DNA from: Vitrella brassicaformis CCMP3155
Taxonomy: Eukaryota; Protista; Chromerida
DNA: 23,384 nucleotides
Assembly: GCA_001179505.1 (NCBI GenBank)
Contig: CDMY01000760.1
Span: 1 to 23,384, forward strand
Direction: 5' to 3'
In this document: piece by piece, positions 19,535 to 23,384 of the stretch
Numbering within the stretch: position 1 is the first letter of the stretch
Layout of the letters: every line of letters begins with the position of its first letter
The notes under the pieces: generated by a model
Told to the model about the DNA's origin: nothing
What the model saw: the letters and a program-made list of their open reading frames with translations, nothing else
Database searches by the model: none
Program-made: the position numbers and the translations under genes

Positions 19535-22500
19535 TCATTCCTTGTGGAATGCCCCTCGCAACAAAGAAAGCGCCCTGTCGGTCTCAGCCCGCACCACCCT
19601 CAATGAAGCGGCCCGGCTGCGAACACCTGTCAGGCAGTCCATGGCCCGCCGCGCCACGTCGCTTGCCTGCGCTCCCCTTCTTCCCACCAGCCTCGCCCCC
19701 CTCGTGTGACTTCGTTCCCCCCGTGGTGGTGGCGCCCTCTGCTGCTTGGCGAAGAGGTCTTCCAGCCGTCGATACTCCACGAGCTCTCGCTCCAGGGACA
19801 GCCTGAAGGCCTCGATGACGCCCACGTTGACCACATCGATCTGGCACCTCGGCTGGACTGTCGCCATGCCCTCACTGCCCTGCTGCTCGTCTCCGATGCC
19901 GTCACAGCCGTCTGATGATGCCCGGCTGGTGGAAGGGGCAGCTGCATTGACGAAGGACGAGAGGGCGCTGACGAGTAGGTGGACTGGCGATGGGTCGTTG
20001 GTGCGCACGGTGAGAGGGAGAGAAGAGGCCGGCTGCGCTGAGAGGTCGACTTCGATCTCCAGGTCTAGTCGTGAGCTGGGGGATGGAATGAAGAGGAGCT
20101 TCGAGGGCGGTAGGTCGTCTGCCGGCCTGCGGACAAGTGTCTGGCGGCGGAGGGAAGGGGAACGGTACGGAGACACGAGGGTGAAATTGAGGGACCACGT
20201 CAGGAAATGCGTCATCTGGGGAAGGAACAAACGACAATACCAAGGTCCCATGTCTATATGTTGTGTTTTCTCGCCACACCTGTGCGATGGTCGAATTGGG
20301 GAGGTTTGGCCATGTCGGTGCAGACGATGTCAAGTGAAGCCGATACTCATGCGTGAAGTAGCGTAGGCCAACAGGCTGACAAATAACATAACAAGTCAGT
20401 GGGGCACGTGTACATGTTTGCAGTGCAGTAGTTGTCACCTGGAGCGAGCGGCATGGGAGTGATGACTGCAGCGGTCGACGCAAAAGGTCGATCAGTGGCA
20501 CGTCAATCCGCACCTTGGCGGCCTTCGTGGCCCAATCGACCATTTTGCCGCCCACACGACGCACGTCCGACAAAGGCATCTGTCGATTCGACAGAGGCAC
20601 CATCCACACGACCAACAAATCCAAAGACAGCACGCCTGACAAAGCAACAAGGGACAGAAAGGATGGTCACCATGGCTTCCCAACCCTCCCCTTATTGCAA
20701 CAGTCCTACCAGATGTCTGTGCGATAGCAGAGGCACCGTTCATCAGCTGCTCGCACCCACAGTGACCGAATGTGATCCGTCCGCACACCGTCGCGCTCTC
20801 CCCCTTCCACAATCTTGCGATCACGGCGCTGTCAGTCCGCACCCCATCCACCGCCCCCGTGCGCTGCATCCCACTCGCGAGGCAGATATTGACAGCAGGA
20901 AGCGTCGGTGGCGTCTCCCCCTCGCTATCGATGTCGTCCTCTGCTTGAACGGCTGGCAGAGAGACCGACACGGACACATCTATGCCGCCCACCCCATGGA
21001 CATCCCATCTGGTGGCTCCAACAGTGAGCGGCGGCACCAGTGGATCACCTGCATCATCGGGAGGGCCGATGCTAGCTTGGGGCCCCTCGAGTGGCTGGCC
21101 GGCGATGCGCTCTAGGTAAGCGAGAGGCGAGGGCTCATCAAATGGGTAGTGGGGAGGCGGATCACTGCTGCTGTCCACGCCATGTCGACGCTCGATGGAG
21201 CGTATCAGGTCTCGCTGCATCTTGACCACCTTCTTCAGCCGCTCCTGCTCCTCCTGAGCAGTCTTGACACATGCCTCGGCAGCCGCGATGACGCTCTCAG
21301 GCAGCCCGCCAGCTGGGAGGTCGCCCGACGGCCGCGATGTGGGATCATTCAGTCCCCCCATATCCCCACTTTCCTCCCTCACGCGATGCCACCGCAGGCC
21401 ATCCTGACCGATGTTGACCACATGGATGCCTCCGTCCTTCTCAGTCAGCGCAGTCAAGAAGCCGCTCTCGCCCTCAAATGGCCCGACCGCTCCCCGGCCC
21501 CGCCACCAGACGCCCTTGACGTCGCCCACTCCATCCACCTGGCGACGCACAAACACGGCTATCCGCGTGGCTGATGGTGTTGATGGAAGGAGGTCCATGC
21601 GGGGACGTGTGGAGGGAGTGGTGATGTGGTGGTCGACGGCTCTGGTGGACGCCTCCATGGCGATCGCTGGGCTGTGGAAGGGCAGGAGGCGACGCAAGCC
21701 GGTCGATGTGAGGGAGAAATCGACAGCGAGCAGCTGGGTGGAGCCCTCACTGCTCTTGACGGTGAAACAGCACGACCACGACAGACAGGATGGGGAGAGC
21801 GCAGGGCGCGAGAACTGGATGTCGACTGTGGTGAGCTGTGGGCGGTGCAGCCTGCCAAGATCCGCTGGAGGGAAGATGGGGACGATGGCAAAGCTCGTCA
21901 CGCAGAACATGAGCAGCTGGGACGCGTCAGATGCAAACCAGGCGGCGGCTCTGGTGCCACCCCCCTCTTCGCTGTTGACCAGCACTGCCAGCACCAGCAC
22001 CATGGCTGAATCGGCCTGCCGCCCCAAGGTCCGACCCGTTACCCACACTCGAATGACATTGACGCCCACACTCGAATGACATTGACTCCAATGCGTCCAG
22101 AAGCTCCGGAGGACCTCACCCGGCTGCCCCCCTCCAACGCCCTCTCCGGTTGCCACTGACCACTGCGGCCGGTCCCTCGTCTGCTGAATGAGGACGGGAT
22201 GGCCGTCGACCTGACCGATGAAGAGCGAGTTGAGGGATAGAGGAGGGTCTGCAGCAGGGGCAAATGAAGGTGGGACGGTTGCTTGCGGCTGGATCCATGG
22301 AGCGTCATCCTTGCCGATCTCCTTCTCGACGCACCCATCTCTTCCAACCGGACACTCGATGAGAAGCGTTCCGCCACGCTCCTCCTCCCCATCATCTTCT
22401 GTAGTCTTCACGCGGCATAGCAATCGAGGACCATCCACAATGTGGACGCTGTCGCTGTCATTCTCGAAGGTGAGCTGCCGCAGCCGAACTCGAAGCAAGG

Positions 22501-22771
22501 CGATGGGTGCCGAGGAGCCGTCCGCAGGAAGGAGATACAGCGACAGCAGGGAGCTGCTGGGCTGAAGAGCAAGGAAGACTCTCTTGGCTGACGGGCATGA
22601 CAGCCTGCACACGCTCAAAGCCGAGATACGCGCCGCACCGCCATCAAGGTTGATGGTCGTAGATCCAGAGTTAATGCGGCCATCCGCTTGGAAACGGATG
22701 AAATCGACTCGTACGGGGCTTGTGTTGTCACGAACAAGGACCAGAGTGTCGTCGATGAAGGCAGAATGCAT
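19535..22771 (-). CDS. Multi-exon protein: putative N-terminal beta-propeller, coiled coil, beta-sandwich and C-terminal helical hairpin (FANCB/FAAP100/BBS-core-like architecture, tentative)
   Basis: Long first exon from the first in-frame ATG at 22771 (ORF 20492-22807) with beta-strand-rich text, then the coiled coil AAAEACVKTAQEEQERLKKVVKMQRDLIRSIE. Introns near 20706-20653, 20438-20376 and 20284-20219. The last exon is ORF 19535-20218 and ends ..SLRVVRAETDRALSLLRGAFHKE*. The coding call is firm, the family call is weak, and an upstream exon cannot be excluded. Confidence 0.65.
22042..22086. repeat. Exact 22-nt direct repeat with 23-nt period inside the first exon of the 19535-22771 gene
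   Basis: CCCACACTCGAATGACATTGAC at 22042-22063 and again at 22065-22086. Confidence 0.95.
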
Positions 22772-23030
22772 CTGCACTGTAAACGGTTGCGGATACGTTT
22801 CACTCAAGCCCGTAAGATCTTGTGTGTTTCCTCAAAATCCTCTCAGTTTGCCGCAGAGGAAGACAAGAGACACGATAGAAAGTATAGAGACAGGAGAATA
22901 GCGTTTTGACATGAGCTGTACAAGACCACTGAGTCAGATATATTGGGAAACTTGCATTACCCGTAACACTCGTCTGTGTGTCCGTGATACTCATAAACAT
23001 ACAGTCCCATGAGCACGTCGAGTCAAACGC

Positions 23031-23384
23031 TCACGGGGAGGAGGGATCGATCCCCGCCCCATCAGCACACCCCAGTCCCGCAAACCCTCCCCTCCCTCCC
23101 CCACGCAGACAGTAGCTAGTCGCACGCTCGAGGGCGATAGACAAGCGAGAGCGAATCCATCCAGACACATCACTGAACCCCCGACCCTTCCACCCTTCCT
23201 TCTCCAACAGCGCATGAGCCATGTGGGCGATGAACACGTTGGCATCGTGTCCACACGCACCGTCACACGTCACCATCAGAGGGCAGAAGGTCATGCGGGA
23301 GTTGCAGACGGCCGAGTGATATTTCTTCTTCTTGGCGGTCTCGTGCTGCTTCAGGATGGACTTGATCGATCGGTTCTTGGAAGC
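23031..23384 (-). mobile_element. 3' end of a CRE-like non-LTR retrotransposon ORF (C-terminal restriction-like endonuclease, RLE); continues beyond the window
   Basis: Intronless frame open from the window edge: ..SILKQHETAKKKKYHSAVCNSRMTFCPLMVTCDGACGHDANVFIAHMAHALLEKEGWKGRGFSDVSGWIRSRLSIALERATSYCLRGG. This matches the E..K(K)KY..F.P.V...DG..G..A..F...W.R.RLS.A..RA...C.RG signature of CRE-type RLE domains. Confidence 0.8.

Noticed and set aside
20432-22565. Long plus-strand ORFs antisense to the 19535-22771 gene, and similar shadow ORFs elsewhere
   Set aside because: Expected antisense or alternative-frame ORFs in GC-rich coding DNA, with low-complexity R/P/S translations and no motifs.

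Overview
This is intron-rich, GC-rich eukaryotic DNA with mostly ~50-110 nt spliceosomal introns, so the six-frame ORFs are exon fragments. Short introns plus signal-peptide/Phe transit-peptide leaders suggest a chromerid/apicomplexan-related alga such as Vitrella (inference). I reconstructed by eye four spliced genes and one retroelement fragment. (1) A ~12.3 kb NO VEIN (NOV)-like gene with a sacsin-type GHKL ATPase and a C-terminal DUF3883 PD-(D/E)XK domain (735-13028, +). Degenerate ~310-bp tandem repeats bracket it in direct orientation. (2) An acidic, probably plastid-targeted protein of unknown function (14532-17071, -). (3) Head-to-head with it, a probably plastid-targeted protein ending in a MerC-family membrane domain and a His/Cys-rich tail (17302-19204, +). 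(4) A putative beta-propeller/coiled-coil protein with weak FANCB-like architecture (19535-22771, -). (5) The 3' end of a CRE-like non-LTR retrotransposon endonuclease ORF (23031-23384, -). A 300-N gap lies inside a NOV intron. No rRNA, tRNA or CRISPR array was recognised. Exon boundaries are manual predictions and no database searches were run.
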